Of a stretch of 64,000 nt of DNA, positions 12,001-19,466 are shown piece after piece. The DNA is from Barthelona sp. PCE (taxonomy: Eukaryota). The stretch is taken from positions 558,001-622,000 of the forward strand of contig JAUFOR010000002.1 in NCBI GenBank assembly GCA_040285745.1, written 5' to 3'. The notes under the pieces are model-generated. The model was given only the letters and a program-made list of their open reading frames with translations, had not been told where the DNA came from and ran no database searches. A program made the position numbers and the translations under genes. Every line of letters begins with the position of its first letter. The first letter of the stretch is position 1.

Positions 12001-13902
12001 AAGAGCATAAAGACGAATAAGTGCAGAAAAAACCTTAGGATCAGTCTGAACTAACGAGTCAAAAACCTCATCATTAATAGGTTGATCGTTCGAAACCGTA
12101 CAGTTCGGAATAATGGGCTCATACAAAACAAATGAAGAAGACTCTACGTTGAGCAATTTGACAGCTTTCTTCAACATTAAATGTGAAGAATGAAGAGAAA
12201 CAGCAAATATACTCAATGCCTTAACTGTCTGGAAGAAAATAAGACGAGAAACCAAATAATATGGTTTGGAATGAAGGAGTACTTGTACTGTACTGATGAA
12301 CTGGAAATTTAATCGACGCGAATTGTATTCACTCAGACGATCATGAATATGAGAGCAAATAGCAAGGTCAATATGAATGATCTCCTTTCGAAGTTCACTG
12401 AATGGAACGTTAAAAGTATCCAGATTAAAACGAACAAAGGTTGAAGTTGGACTGATTCCGTATAATTTCTTCAAAAAAGTAACTAAATTAAGTTTGTAAC
12501 TGTCCAGTAACTGATTATACTGAATGTTCCACTCGTTGTAGTTCAAGTTCATGCCTCGGAATGTTAAGTTACGGAAGGTACTGAACTCCAAGAATCGTAG
12601 TAGCAACTCTTCAGTTGCTGCACAACGATCAACAAAGTTGTTAAGGTTGCCAAACGCATCAACCGAGCGCAATCGAACCCAGGCGCTATCTTGTGATGTG
12701 CGTTCATTCCTGTAACGGAAAAAAGATTGTCTTAGAAAATTGCAAATACCAATAGTTGTACGAATACGGGCAACTATATTGATTGCATTGTCAGTGAACG
12801 TGTTGAATACTTCGTTATTCAAACGAAGAGAATCACGTGAGTGAACATCAACAGTGAAAAAAGACTGCGGGTCGAGGTTGCAGTCTTCCTCAAGATACTG
12901 AAGCGATTTGTCGATGGTCTGTGAAGCGACACTGCTCAAAATAATATTTAAATTGTGTTCGGAAGCGTAAACTGGTAAGTTAAGGAATACTAAATCGATT
13001 GACTCAAAAATACAACTTAAAACCTTACATAAACCTTGAAATTCATCGGCTGTGGATGTCTCTAAATCTTTAAAGAAAGGACTGACAAATTTTAGGAAGT
13101 GATTTACCTTATCTACCTCAGAAAAAAAATCTGAAAGTTCTCTGACCTTATGTTTGATTTTCTGAATAAGATTAGCATCAATACTCTCTACATGCTTCAT
13201 AAACTTAACAAATATTGGATCTCTAATACCACGTAAAACTTCCTTAACTAAAAGATATCTAGTATTCCAAAATCTACATTCGTCAGTGGGAATATCTATG
13301 GTATGTTCCTTCTTTAATAAATTGGAAACAAAATCGAAAAGTCTATTGGCATAATTTAAAAGTTGTTCTGCTTCTAATGACGTAACTTCTGCTGCAAGAA
13401 CAATATCTATAATATCATCGCTTAAATTTTGTTGAAAACTAGATTGTTTCTGACCGGTTTTTTGGCGGTCTTGATTGTTTTCAAAGAATTTTGAAAAATT
13501 TTCATTGCTTACATTGTCTAATTTTAATAAACCTTGATTAAAAATGAATTTGATCAAAGAATTAGTCGAATTCTCAATAACAGGAACGAAAAAGACAATC
13601 AGTTCTTCAATACTGCTTAAGATTTCAGGGACATTTAACTCAAAATCAATGGGTTTAATAATGATTTCAAAATCAGTCTCATCTACATTTGGAAAATCAA
13701 ATTGTAGTTCAATAGTATCTGAAGTGGGGTGTATACAAAATATTGATCTTGCTGATTCATCAAACAAGAATGAAGCAAAACTGGCCAAAAGACCACCTTC
13801 AAGTTCGGGATCAACATTGATCTCACTTAAACGGGGAGATACTGTTAATACGCGGGATAAAACTCTTTGAAATGCTTGTTTTTGTACCTTTAATGATAAC
13901 AT
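1..13902 (-). CDS. Divergent dynein heavy chain-like protein (3'-partial, >=4634 aa in window), AAA nucleotide motifs degenerate
   Basis: ATG at 13902-13900, preceded by an in-frame TAA at 13914-13912. The ORF track lists no stop-terminated ORF in this minus frame and every segment I translated by hand is open, so the frame appears open to position 1. Dynein-like blocks in order: DHC_N1 (PTDECRFWNTRY; EVDKVNHFLKFVSPFFKDLE; AFGNLNNFVDRC), DHC_N2 (EYDRMWNLF...LKKRSFSDYYWQLLSNSAG), AAA1 (APVLTPDLFKVM...LHGDMINILPE...YIFDC...ACFKHFHKL), AAA4 (PNLHLTLIKPISLD...RVSKNLTFV), stalk coiled coils (~3200-2300), AAA5-like (ISIFDPFDF). Confidence 0.85.
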   Translation of the reverse strand, partial: MLSLKVQKQAFQRVLSRVLTVSPRLSEINVDPELEGGLLASFASFLFDESARSIFCIHPTSDTIELQFDFPNVDETDFEIIIKPIDFELNVPEILSSIEELIVFFVPVIENSTNSLIKFIFNQGLLKLDNVSNENFSKFFENNQDRQKTGQKQSSFQQNLSDDIIDIVLAAEVTSLEAEQLLNYANRLFDFVSNLLKKEHTIDIPTDECRFWNTRYLLVKEVLRGIRDPIFVKFMKHVESIDANLIQKIKHKVRELSDFFSEVDKVNHFLKFVSPFFKDLETSTADEFQGLCKVLSCIFESIDLVFLNLPVYASEHNLNIILSSVASQTIDKSLQYLEEDCNLDPQSFFTVDVHSRDSLRLNNEVFNTFTDNAINIVARIRTTIGICNFLRQSFFRYRNERTSQDSAWVRLRSVDAFGNLNNFVDRCAATEELLLRFLEFSTFRNLTFRGMNLNYNEWNIQYNQLLDSYKLNLVTFLKKLYGISPTSTFVRFNLDTFNVPFSELRKEIIHIDLAICSHIHDRLSEYNSRRLNFQFISTVQVLLHSKPYYLVSRLIFFQTVKALSIFAVSLHSSHLMLKKAVKLLNVESSSFVLYEPIIPNCTVSNDQPINDEVFDSLVQTDPKVFSALIRLYALLMDYEDTFSQLDMSYLSTHTTDEIPTRDELKKLAVDLAPYVNSAESLKSADLIIDSAVVPLVFYDEINRCLRSQMELAADLQLTFIQLFTDYLTSNENVIRKFYSSPLLCKNHSMICINCDDNASTIFYHTHKFVSLLENLVVHKNGVNIGAQIYSRVPSIVSRTAKFFKQFHDVSSVLSLSCRKYNCILPDLVRVLENLLMDELNKTNTSVFSACNDIVWQAQGSLTFCTLFDTTIDVLAKKAEALFTVIRFIEKFFDNLSEDNRIFILALSSDLNEILNANVSHFHHLQDMFEDFNAKLCELVENARKILFLTQGDNYWLDFLQYLQDLLVRKVTELLTITLQQFHSFLDTQESGTFLIGKLFLRGEFIFTIPDSHVGGSVLSLLEKSKPDVLMSSKSMASVGFSEVEYEMSEDSFTVYSILHRKPVVDNPKIKLDVFVDTMLTLMLRSFAVLKVPRSLVGEDGHFDEYELKTPRINDEAFELVEEEEDKIESNSVIMLVRNNTSLNALIRRVYSNIANFAQLMLEYISDKYSTFGVLFDSVKLQQTLKLDTIASVVDDIERKSDGTSGRLSKFKVVANREKFFKQLEPKLDLLEQVSDLVYNITNNDVIMFVTYDLSAFKDSMQAKFSGVVFKLRKLLSNTLSIITTHIYDYLTYQLEQINDMRRSLEKTDGDQRIITLQDLTRRIRDLKLNEKRLKSTIEFCTELVQLFEHHSSLQGEQDTVNHANKCIVGAERLTTQLDNTIQVVQTQVSRSMGSFVQKVEANVIELNSQLEQFSNRVFELEPFGNVKCPIFSTEFNEGVTAARTLLTELLSEAESLASRRVDISGYLRLISTKSLQLVTIEAAQDMLSEYDRMWNLFEAMISESEEFESISFEEVNLKDHIEFIEDCIDSLEEMSENVQNVAGYFKNNLQELLRLLNAFINLKKRSFSDYYWQLLSNSAGSHFSNQMSFSVITLLLTFFDNESGFIRLKEIIQEAKDEETAGVILSSLESDWLLKQISLSSVALDCRDKCLFRDAFADRVPHLLINDPTREHMLLFNLPYFSDLSFMSDFEFKSSPWAQALHFPELLKGCEGEVVCRRLPIFEKLNSSLESIAQALSLSSSRLAGRMRSWSISLQQIRRWLVILFNTSAIWETLFFCSYEYSKYNLENNKLYRDIADVHVRFLNFQSKCQKFRCILDSAEQNIIEEARQLYDDSVSLVKKIVPHLQPEWVSRAVYLGYVSSMSMATSTILVQKLRVHPDLFSRVSAENFAIQHTYCQLGPNSNGFEVEGDYITHLIDQANILVPFDAPQAIFPMDTVERFFGGFMSAFVRWVRNEWQEFIKINPDMLVMTVEDFWEKLESFDGIIHPIYMCRFHLQHYLKHITTNDEPKVYRAKIKFLYDKIKLKLSSIYVIDDGSIYAHYRRIITPYLGEFSAVDMRYPSDFDRKYQSDLPCRPLDFSSTMTRDFVIPESSVDMSLTTEHKLITPVRNNAEAIKPGEFFINEISYKWADSLIVIDGVELKHPHTITANLIAPVLTPDLFKVMRMMWKTFSWKRIVLLHGDMINILPELRIAFLFYCMSPFYIFDCVSLAQEFTNLNGELLLDEFLDRLRPFIPSAYKTGTIACFKHFHKLPVIAQGLVSSLFHGSDCRTVFCCDTPNFVLPEDDYVAINLDTHFNHSGSSLLYLLLDLYPYLEVIPFTYGFIHQVSLLLDQIYWLLRAYGILVFFNSNNLRRIMAGTITLFKHVCSVTTGVASSSPDVQFVYVKRVFAYVLFQFLEDAASLNNFTQLAHNVFRHSLFDIKSILSVLENFAPYYQNIENYKMQPGFNFWTNMVLNTDLYENFRLLNFMIKFSSKLHFNDMVVLYTYTSSLVDVRNSVIQLYSRYLSDYHQNDEHPLVIKHEILNSNELGSDGEVVLHAKNESFRIASAINEEVREMGFVDTLVDLPNVLVVVYCCDAPTTFLTVFKDSINYAVSNCFYFRCEVNVKFVSILTNHSPVAVNSVNRLSDSIKLHTKFSGIKINTRLIPEPDRDIPSYPFIANQEVIFMDPVYTFTESQGAKISDGVMIGALNHVEMSDLSLRFGKSDAIGVGINSLVSMFQKASHLYNPFTSFILPPSSRLHNIWTLLDKLRDHPNKLQAVVWLMYVYGHRMGVNKSSISNSVRSFIKKYEIAVEGQAANTGVDNMLVSGLSASLLVNEEMTSRSGHSMGHVSLKLSGRKSSHRKSAREMDSARDISDQVILEGVEMNNLEKSYIKIGEPGLHPNEKMLYEHIFEIFFSEPDAIERHPIKDGKTYRLFFANYDSRIHSLKLIDEVFAKADVEVLRFRFDIYPSTTAYDLQQALSTFIPHWSRNLIAPASQKQHYWIIFDNIQFATSDVLLLIQNVSNSNVLNLPKDNLNIRFERTSFCAIGHFDMPISKPISDDLHSFVSHLDGFFTTVFPHVTHAMLIDRAVQFLVNKWGVTDSAHVSIIRTTFEVFKFLLVKFKTGLKQSVASPTYAFSEKHIWLFASVMVHHKPNPAMFGPSLASFFIFLLRVIWLSRLQSSRELMFANNLIEQAITHFYSGDIIQHLPSYDTLCVINIKTAMELDAKSQSHQKMINDDIYCGDFVLVARDDLLRFRLFRALHEYSPQKLISLAPSEMLFLLSMSIVLNTPNLHLTLIKPISLDAMNFLSFVISMFVNINKKRLHLIKLELGDTNQLFEIVKDVLINGKSTIVVLNQFFWLRCGQEPLFSNRLTAALLDSFHPDTKFNALISQSLLFTDDQREELTSWAERYTPLGMNTVDFIKERVSKNLTFVNVIPPSLFIESNSMKQLIPIFARTVVVQHQGYSKSDFVQVVSDLIIILDRQYRLSLSPVAQQGLSRILHRSLMDFKKMAHIVNSRQREDFSHFFANTFIKLTERIQAQIIMPDTNRLSFQPQWAFGTVTAGTFDALGLQQFFNHTVENFFNLALYNRSMTEEKTQLTRGLLSYYRWIETAMNLCHRDLTHYSMTLEKTQRELDKNIKKLREEHQRKDALQEESVKFQTDIKNSEAEYNRAQSQLDECSEELNNAKEVFNLVVAELHNLGERDSFEMLLLSGENQHLDELSCIIISIVEGKFSQNAAFKDLRNMIIRIDHFVESLVSFGATLPIILIEQLLSKLDALDFDGPMLTRSFCPLLGRYARSALQWAQMTQNHEKALLTHHEATRDRDMMNSRSQTNTQAIESNTQRLKMHSDALVKNYHYVALMHHEMSETRSNLMLLEKLLDYLALFRNICPEVDRKDVPDTPSSMWSAAGPNTMSDPTSLSETASDPSTPFIVDTSFATPAKMVNSIEPVEEEKPKRMQTTPEYLLHAALVAMMPLITCLDIDSSVELFHSCLNDLVSKQLIVASDSAAIHSDKAFKHALQLNIEVIREYILDAFVPQPNEVQYPLSLEVITEVYTHVHTTKLGGIQFDDSVEVMESIDLAEEMDQLFDGEGIRDNIATSRGSKTQRSLPTERSITSVPMVSTTRNTEKLDMKQIAEPKRVAELFNRFFTETPFLSPLLLQLEEFSPFISTFYGERVISIFDPFDFSEKLINSLFTDVNYIGLYKYSSVNEQRDALINSVCKHKVTVIKDIDLLISLAPIILDILHVIKNRTYRLMVGDNRFDFVADCKVIIQCVQPLTHTSFLSSGLSDFPFINMDCELDSLIEVVCFDLCSHHDPDLYGIAQNLFAVIFNAAREETRLEREALQYVVSASRQLNVEMLEKTLSVFSEKCKKLSDCRDSQAFAKAYLLAVKNRVIRRYKYYAHIVGSGLKALVHVMNRSKMFYLIPNLKGVYKIILDAFKEMPEGKVVLDSTIRVSMLNTFIENMFTRIPSIHQRMVFALKFCTNLYLIAEEELDLFHSLLQAPDGFDMMTTYLKDMVDSSVFDAIEDGLIDHWLNAEWIDLAEMPDELKDLPLFVCVLLIVSIKPDLAFFAARAFLYAHNLHLCLGENPCSRFQLDGSIDFGFYKAVCVSSRYTNVFLRDAPLISVDEVTDEFLNETPLFGIASCQLDA

Positions 13903-14291
13903 AGGGTAAAATTACAGTGTTTTTAAAAAGGTCTTATGCTTATTTGTAAATATTGAGGTATATAACCGGAAAATAATATCTCTAGTGCAGTTTTACGTGC
14001 AAAAATTCAATACAAATATGTTCACTCGTTGAAAACGATGAAAATAGAAAAACACATTTTTACCTGAGATTTCCTACTGAATTCAATAGATTTACTGTAT
14101 GTATGCTTCATGTTTGACCGCAGTTACAAATAACAAAAACTCTTTAAAGGACAAATTGGAAAAATTGAGAAAAAATGTTCCTATATCATTAAACTGCACC
14201 AATACATGATAAACGACTTGAAAACTTGTTTATATCAAGACAAAATGTTTTAAAAAACAAAAATTAAACTTAGGGATTGATGAAATAAACA

Positions 14292-15035
14292 TTACTCTGA
14301 TAAACAGAACATAAAAAACTCTTCATCGCATTTGATTGATACTTGTGATTCAATATTTTCGTTACTAGAACTAAAAAATTGTAAAAAATCACACAAAAAA
14401 GTGCCATCATACTTAAAACCATATAACTGGCATTTTGACGGTCTAAAACAACATACACCACATTTAATACCTAATTTCGACAGTGTAAATGTGTGTTCTA
14501 CTCCTTTTCTGCACACAAATATATAATTTGAATTGCTAAATAACACAATATGATGTAAATTTTCAAAATCATTCAATATTCTGAATGCAGCAGATATATT
14601 CGCCAATGTCTGATCAAATCGGCCATATTCAAAGTTGTAAATGTAAAAAACGGTTGAATCAGAAGCAAAATATTGCAGGCACTTATAAAGATCATTTTCA
14701 TCTTGATTCGGAAGGCTTATTACTTCCCCTTTATACCGTTCAAGGTTAAGAAGTGTTGCTGAATCCAAATCTCCAACAACAAAGTCGATTAGATTACATA
14801 AGTCAGTTCTTTCAGTAAATACACGATTTAATGCTCCGTCTAGGCATATTACACTATCTGATACCTGGATTACAGAGTCTAATATGGATGAAACTAATTC
14901 TCCTGGCGAATTCGTAAGTACACAACGTACTCCAACAGAGTCTGGATCTTTATCTGCAAAAGTTCGCAGAATAGGAAGTTGGTCGAAACATAGCATCAAT
15001 AAACCAATAGAAAAAGCAAGAAAATGCAGCAACAT
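14292..15035 (-). CDS. TPK1: Thiamine pyrophosphokinase
   Basis: Motifs CLDGALNRV, VVGDLDS, QDENDLYKCL, GRFDQTLANI, LYGFKY and SSSNE match the TPK family. The start may be the second Met (MLCFDQ). Confidence 0.85.
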   Translation of the reverse strand: MLLHFLAFSIGLLMLCFDQLPILRTFADKDPDSVGVRCVLTNSPGELVSSILDSVIQVSDSVICLDGALNRVFTERTDLCNLIDFVVGDLDSATLLNLERYKGEVISLPNQDENDLYKCLQYFASDSTVFYIYNFEYGRFDQTLANISAAFRILNDFENLHHIVLFSNSNYIFVCRKGVEHTFTLSKLGIKCGVCCFRPSKCQLYGFKYDGTFLCDFLQFFSSSNENIESQVSIKCDEEFFMFCLSE

Positions 15036-15195
15036 GTAATGAGGGTTATATAATCACATACTCTACATTTACTAAGTATAATCTGACTTTTGCGGTAAAT
15101 AATCGTTCCTGTGAACATAGGAACAGTCAAAATATTTAGCTTAAAATTTTGTGTTTGTTTCACAAAAATCTTCATTTTCACTTTGAATAGTTTAT

Positions 15196-15534
15196 ATGAC
15201 TGTCAACCGGAAGAAATTTGACCTTTTTGGGCAATCTAATGGGCAGGAAGAGGATGAATTCGAAATCCTTGATGAAGAAGTTGATGAATTAGGGGTAAGA
15301 ATTAATAGAATACATGATATGTCCACAGGTATGAGTGTGGATATCAATCTACTTGAGAATGAGGTCAACAAAACGTCAGATAAAGTGAACGATTTAACAG
15401 GTGTTGTTGTTCAAGCGGCAGATCGTTTTGATCGTGTAGCAAAGAGGTGTGGGTGTTCACTAACGTGTCTAATGATCCTTGTATTTCTTGGAATTTACTT
15501 CTTTTTGTACTTTTTGTACAAATTTTTACGATAA
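15196..15534 (+). CDS. Qc-SNARE, Bet1-like
   Basis: 112 aa with a single heptad SNARE-like motif (DEEVDELGVRINRIHDMSTGMSVDINLLENEV...) followed by a C-terminal transmembrane anchor. Confidence 0.7.
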   Translation: MTVNRKKFDLFGQSNGQEEDEFEILDEEVDELGVRINRIHDMSTGMSVDINLLENEVNKTSDKVNDLTGVVVQAADRFDRVAKRCGCSLTCLMILVFLGIYFFLYFLYKFLR

Positions 15535-15880
15535 AATGATGTTATTATCAAATGACAAATTTTTTTCTTCTAGCATTACCTAATTATACATTGTTTAATG
15601 TTTTATATTCAATATAGAGTTTTTCAACATGTTAAATACATCATATAACGGTTTATGTACACAAATCCTGTTAATATTTTTTTTGATATTCAACCATTAG
15701 TGACAATAGTTATTAACAAAAAGTATAGTACAATAGTTATTACATATAAACAACATTCAATACATTAAATAAAGATTTTGAAGCAATAAAAATACAACCA
15801 GAAAAAGTGCTTTACTCATTCTAAACAGAAATGTGAATCATTGGATAATCAGCGCTAAAAAGCTTCGTGTAGCTGATTGT

Positions 15881-16262
15881 CTAACGACGCTTGGCCTCAG
15901 ACTCGGATTCGAGAAGACAGAGGACGTCACCGACTCTGCAAGGGCCCTTGACGTTTCTAGTGATGACACGCTCGCTATCGTTAAAGCGAACACGTACCTG
16001 CTGAATACCACCGCGAGTACCGGTCCTGTTGAGCAGTTCCGTGACGGTTGCGAACTTGGGTTCCATTTCCTAAGAGTTAGAGCGTCGAACTTCGCCTTAT
16101 GTCCGAACTAAAAACTGTTCCTAGGGTGAATAACATCCTAAATGTATGTACAACCAAGAAAAAAAAAAGAACTGGCTATGAGCATATTTTCCACATGTAA
16201 CTCCCCTGCTACGAGCTGCCTCGTAATTGAGCATCTAGTTCAGCATTAGAAATGCATACCAT
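15881..16262 (-). CDS. RPS28: 40S ribosomal protein S28 (eS28); exon 1 = ATG 16262-16260, exon 2 = 16069-15881
   Basis: [15 protein letters not shown]...[23 protein letters not shown] is the eS28 signature. The upstream ATG is followed directly by a GTATGC donor; splicing gives MEMEPKFA... Confidence 0.93.
16070..16259 (-). other. Spliceosomal intron (190 nt) in RPS28
   Basis: Minus strand reads ATG|GTATGC ... CTCTAACTCTTAG|GAAATGGAA: GT-AG ends, with branch point CTAAC followed by 4 nt and then the AG. Confidence 0.8.
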
Positions 16263-16833
16263 TTTTATATAAAGGTGTTTGAAGAAAAAGGAAGTTTTTG
16301 GAAGCTCAAAGCTGTTTCGTAGAACTTTTCTTACAATACATGTTGAGATATACCTTCTAGTTGCTGAGATAATAAACCAACAGAGACCATTTACCTACAA
16401 AAAGAATTTTCACCACTTTCATTCCTTTGTTACATCCATATTACACAGTGCCTTCGCTGCAATATTGAACGAATGTTCAACTGTATTTCATTCAGTGCGA
16501 TAATATTACTTTTATGACTTGATTTCAGCTATTTGGGCTCAGTATCTTTACATGCAGTATGTATGGGGTAATTAACGGAACATGGGCAAATTTCTGTTTA
16601 TTTGCATGTTTTACTTTTATAAAACACCTTTTGATGAATTATCGAGGTAAAATAATCCATGAATACTTTTCCAAGTGGTAGAATTAGTGCTATATGGTCA
16701 AAAAGGTCTACCATATTTGTAAGTAAACAGTAAAAACTGTAAACGATTTTTTTTCGCATTCAATTCTTCAAAGTAATTTACTACTTTAAAACACACCTAT
16801 TCATTGTTGTAACATCATAAAAGTATATTTAAT

Positions 16834-17187
16834 ATGACTACACGAGAAAATTGTCAAAAAATGCTTGACGGAATTGAGGAGCAACTTCATTCGGGTAAAA
16901 CAAAGATATTTGGTCAGACAACAAAGAACGTTATGAAGAATCTTGACGTTATTAGACAGGCACAGGTTGATTTTGCCTTTAGTCAACTCGAAGTTGAGCT
17001 TAGCTTCCCCAATGTTCAAGAATCTCAAGCAAAAGATGATATTCTTAAGGAATCGCAGCATCTTATGCTTCAACAAACATTCCATGATTTCCAGCATCAG
17101 CTCCACCAAAACTCAGTCGACTCCTTGATGTTAATTGGTCAAAAGGTTCAGGAGCTTGAGCAACAGCTTATCCATCCTACACATTAG
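16834..17187 (+). CDS. CCDC28-like (DUF4061) small coiled-coil protein
   Basis: EQLHSGKTKIFG...LDVIRQAQVDFAF resembles the CCDC28 motif DFHSGKLQAFG...EHVREMQEKLA, from memory. Confidence 0.55.
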   Translation: MTTRENCQKMLDGIEEQLHSGKTKIFGQTTKNVMKNLDVIRQAQVDFAFSQLEVELSFPNVQESQAKDDILKESQHLMLQQTFHDFQHQLHQNSVDSLMLIGQKVQELEQQLIHPTH

Positions 17188-17384
17188 ACCTTGTGAATTT
17201 AGATTTATTTGTTCTTTTAGAGGTTTCTATTAATTATTTTCCTCATATTAATTTATGTGCTGTAATTTCTGGGTAAAAACCATGCAAAAAGCGTGTTGTG
17301 GATCAATCATTATTTCAGATGACTTGTGTAAATAGAAAACACTGTTTTTTTTTATTTTTCCCTTTTCACTGGTTCTATCCTTTT

Positions 17385-19466
17385 ATGTCCATAGAAACAT
17401 CTTCCCTGCCAAGGGTAACTGTGATAGACCAAGCCAGAAACCAGCTGCTGAACTCTAACATGTTGAATCCAAAAAGTGAAGCTGAAAGAACGAACGAAGA
17501 AGCAAAATCCGAAATTGATGTTCCTTCGGTGCAGAAAGTAGCCGTACCCAAGCCAAAATCGAAAAAAAAGCGTGGCGCACAATACCACAAACCCAGTATT
17601 TGCCCTAATCATCGCCCTGCATCATTAATATTTACCACCGACGTTCCATCTGAATATCCAAACGGATTCAAACCCCCAAGTCCACCTAAATTCTTCTACA
17701 ATTTGAGCTCACATAATATTAATTGTATCAAAAACGCTATGCGTAAAGCAGGTGCTAGACGTACTCACTCTGATGATTACAACTTCTTATGGGCCAAAAC
17801 GCAACCCAATTCTTTGTACAAACTTCTAAACAGATTTCAACGTATCAATCACTTTCCTTCAATGTTTGAGCTTGGTAGAAAGGATCGTATGTATAAGAAC
17901 ATAAGCAAGCAACAGAGAATTTTTCCTCATGACTATGATTTCGTCCCAAAAACTTTTGTATTACCCAGTGAAGAACGTTTTTTAAGATCTTATGCCATTG
18001 ATAATCCTGGAAAATGTTTCATCTACAAACCTGCAGCAAGCGCATGTGGACGTAATATTCGTGTTGTGAAGAACATTATCAACAAGATGCCTTCTAAAGG
18101 TGTTGTTAGTGAATATATTTCCAACCCTAAACTGATAAATGGATACAAATTTGATCTTAGAATATACGTAGTCATGACCTCTGTGCTTCCCCTGCGAGTG
18201 TATATCTTTGAGAATGGTCTGGTACGTTTTGCAACCAAAAAATATTCAAAAGCCAAATTAAACTCAAGATATGCTCATTTGACAAATTTTAGCATCAATA
18301 AGAAGAATTCAAGCTTCGTTAGCAATGATGATGGAGATATGATGTCTCAAGAGGGTTCAAAGTGGTCCCTACGTGCACTTCGTAAATATTGGGAGGATCA
18401 CGGTTGGGATTTCAATATTCTTTGGGAGGATATCAAAGCTGTGATAATCAAAACTCTCATCAGTGTACAATCTTCTGTGGCGAATGCAACACGTATGGTG
18501 TCACAAAATACCAATATGTGTTTTGATTTATTAGGATTTGACGTTCTCATTGATCGTAACAACAAACCTTGGCTCATTGAGGTTAATACCATGCCTTCAC
18601 TCAGTAGTAGCAGTAAGCTTGATAAGCTCATTAAAACAAAACTGATTACAGATATGTATAACTTACTATGGCTCGTTCCTTACAGCAGAAAGGCTCTGCA
18701 GCGCGAGCATGAAGATATTCAACACATGCGTATTTTGGGAACAAGCCCTCCCCCAGAAAGTAACTCCATTCTAGAGAAGAGAATGAAGCCTCAAATGCTT
18801 AACAAAACGGAAAAACAACTTATTCTTGAACTTGAGGATGAGTGGAATAATCTAGGAGGGTTTGAAGTCTTATTTCCGCATCCGGACACATACCATCTTT
18901 TTACTCGGTTTTTTGAAACTCATTCACATTTTAATGAGTTAATTTGGAAATGGGTGGATGCAAGGAGTAAGTATAATGATATACCTAATACTTTGGAAAG
19001 TATTCTGTATCGTCCTGTTTCTTCAGCAAGTACCCGCTCATTGTCTAGATGTTCATCTCGTTCTTCATCACGTTTGGGATCACGTGAGTCGTTAGATAAG
19101 GTAAAAAAGAAGCCCAGACCTAGAACAAGTCAACCTGGTATACCCAGACGTAACCGCACCACAAAGGTATCAATGAATCTTCGATCACAATCAAGCTTAG
19201 GAAACCGCACTCGTTCCCGTATCCATGATTCTATCGACTCATCGGAGAATGAAGATGTTGAGATGAACAAATCAATAATCTCAAAAACAAATAATATTCA
19301 GTCAACAGAAGATCTATTGGTTTCATTAACAACAAATATAAGACGTAAGCCACCTAAGAGATTGGTGTCAAATGTTATTACAAGTCCTCGAAAAACGCGT
19401 AGACTTTCACAACAAAGATCCACAAATCGAAATGCTGATATTTTTATTAGAAGCCGTGGTTTTTAG
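17385..19466 (+). CDS. Tubulin polyglutamylase, TTLL4/TTLL5-like
   Basis: TTL-domain motifs QRINHFP, ELGRKDRM, FVPKTFVLP, YKPAASACGRNI, KFDLRIYV, GLVRFAT, HLTNFSINK, LGFDVLID and WLIEVNTMPS. Start placed at ATG 17385. Confidence 0.9.
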   Translation: MSIETSSLPRVTVIDQARNQLLNSNMLNPKSEAERTNEEAKSEIDVPSVQKVAVPKPKSKKKRGAQYHKPSICPNHRPASLIFTTDVPSEYPNGFKPPSPPKFFYNLSSHNINCIKNAMRKAGARRTHSDDYNFLWAKTQPNSLYKLLNRFQRINHFPSMFELGRKDRMYKNISKQQRIFPHDYDFVPKTFVLPSEERFLRSYAIDNPGKCFIYKPAASACGRNIRVVKNIINKMPSKGVVSEYISNPKLINGYKFDLRIYVVMTSVLPLRVYIFENGLVRFATKKYSKAKLNSRYAHLTNFSINKKNSSFVSNDDGDMMSQEGSKWSLRALRKYWEDHGWDFNILWEDIKAVIIKTLISVQSSVANATRMVSQNTNMCFDLLGFDVLIDRNNKPWLIEVNTMPSLSSSSKLDKLIKTKLITDMYNLLWLVPYSRKALQREHEDIQHMRILGTSPPPESNSILEKRMKPQMLNKTEKQLILELEDEWNNLGGFEVLFPHPDTYHLFTRFFETHSHFNELIWKWVDARSKYNDIPNTLESILYRPVSSASTRSLSRCSSRSSSRLGSRESLDKVKKKPRPRTSQPGIPRRNRTTKVSMNLRSQSSLGNRTRSRIHDSIDSSENEDVEMNKSIISKTNNIQSTEDLLVSLTTNIRRKPPKRLVSNVITSPRKTRRLSQQRSTNRNADIFIRSRGF

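Noticed and set aside
1-13870. Short ORFs listed by the track in the first 14 kb, and the idea of an alternative genetic code
   Set aside because: They overlap one long open minus-strand frame; TAA and TAG end conserved genes such as TPK1 and RPS28 at expected positions.
16380-16386. ACAGAGA box suggesting U6 snRNA
   Set aside because: Not followed by the AGATTAGC region or a U6 internal stem-loop.
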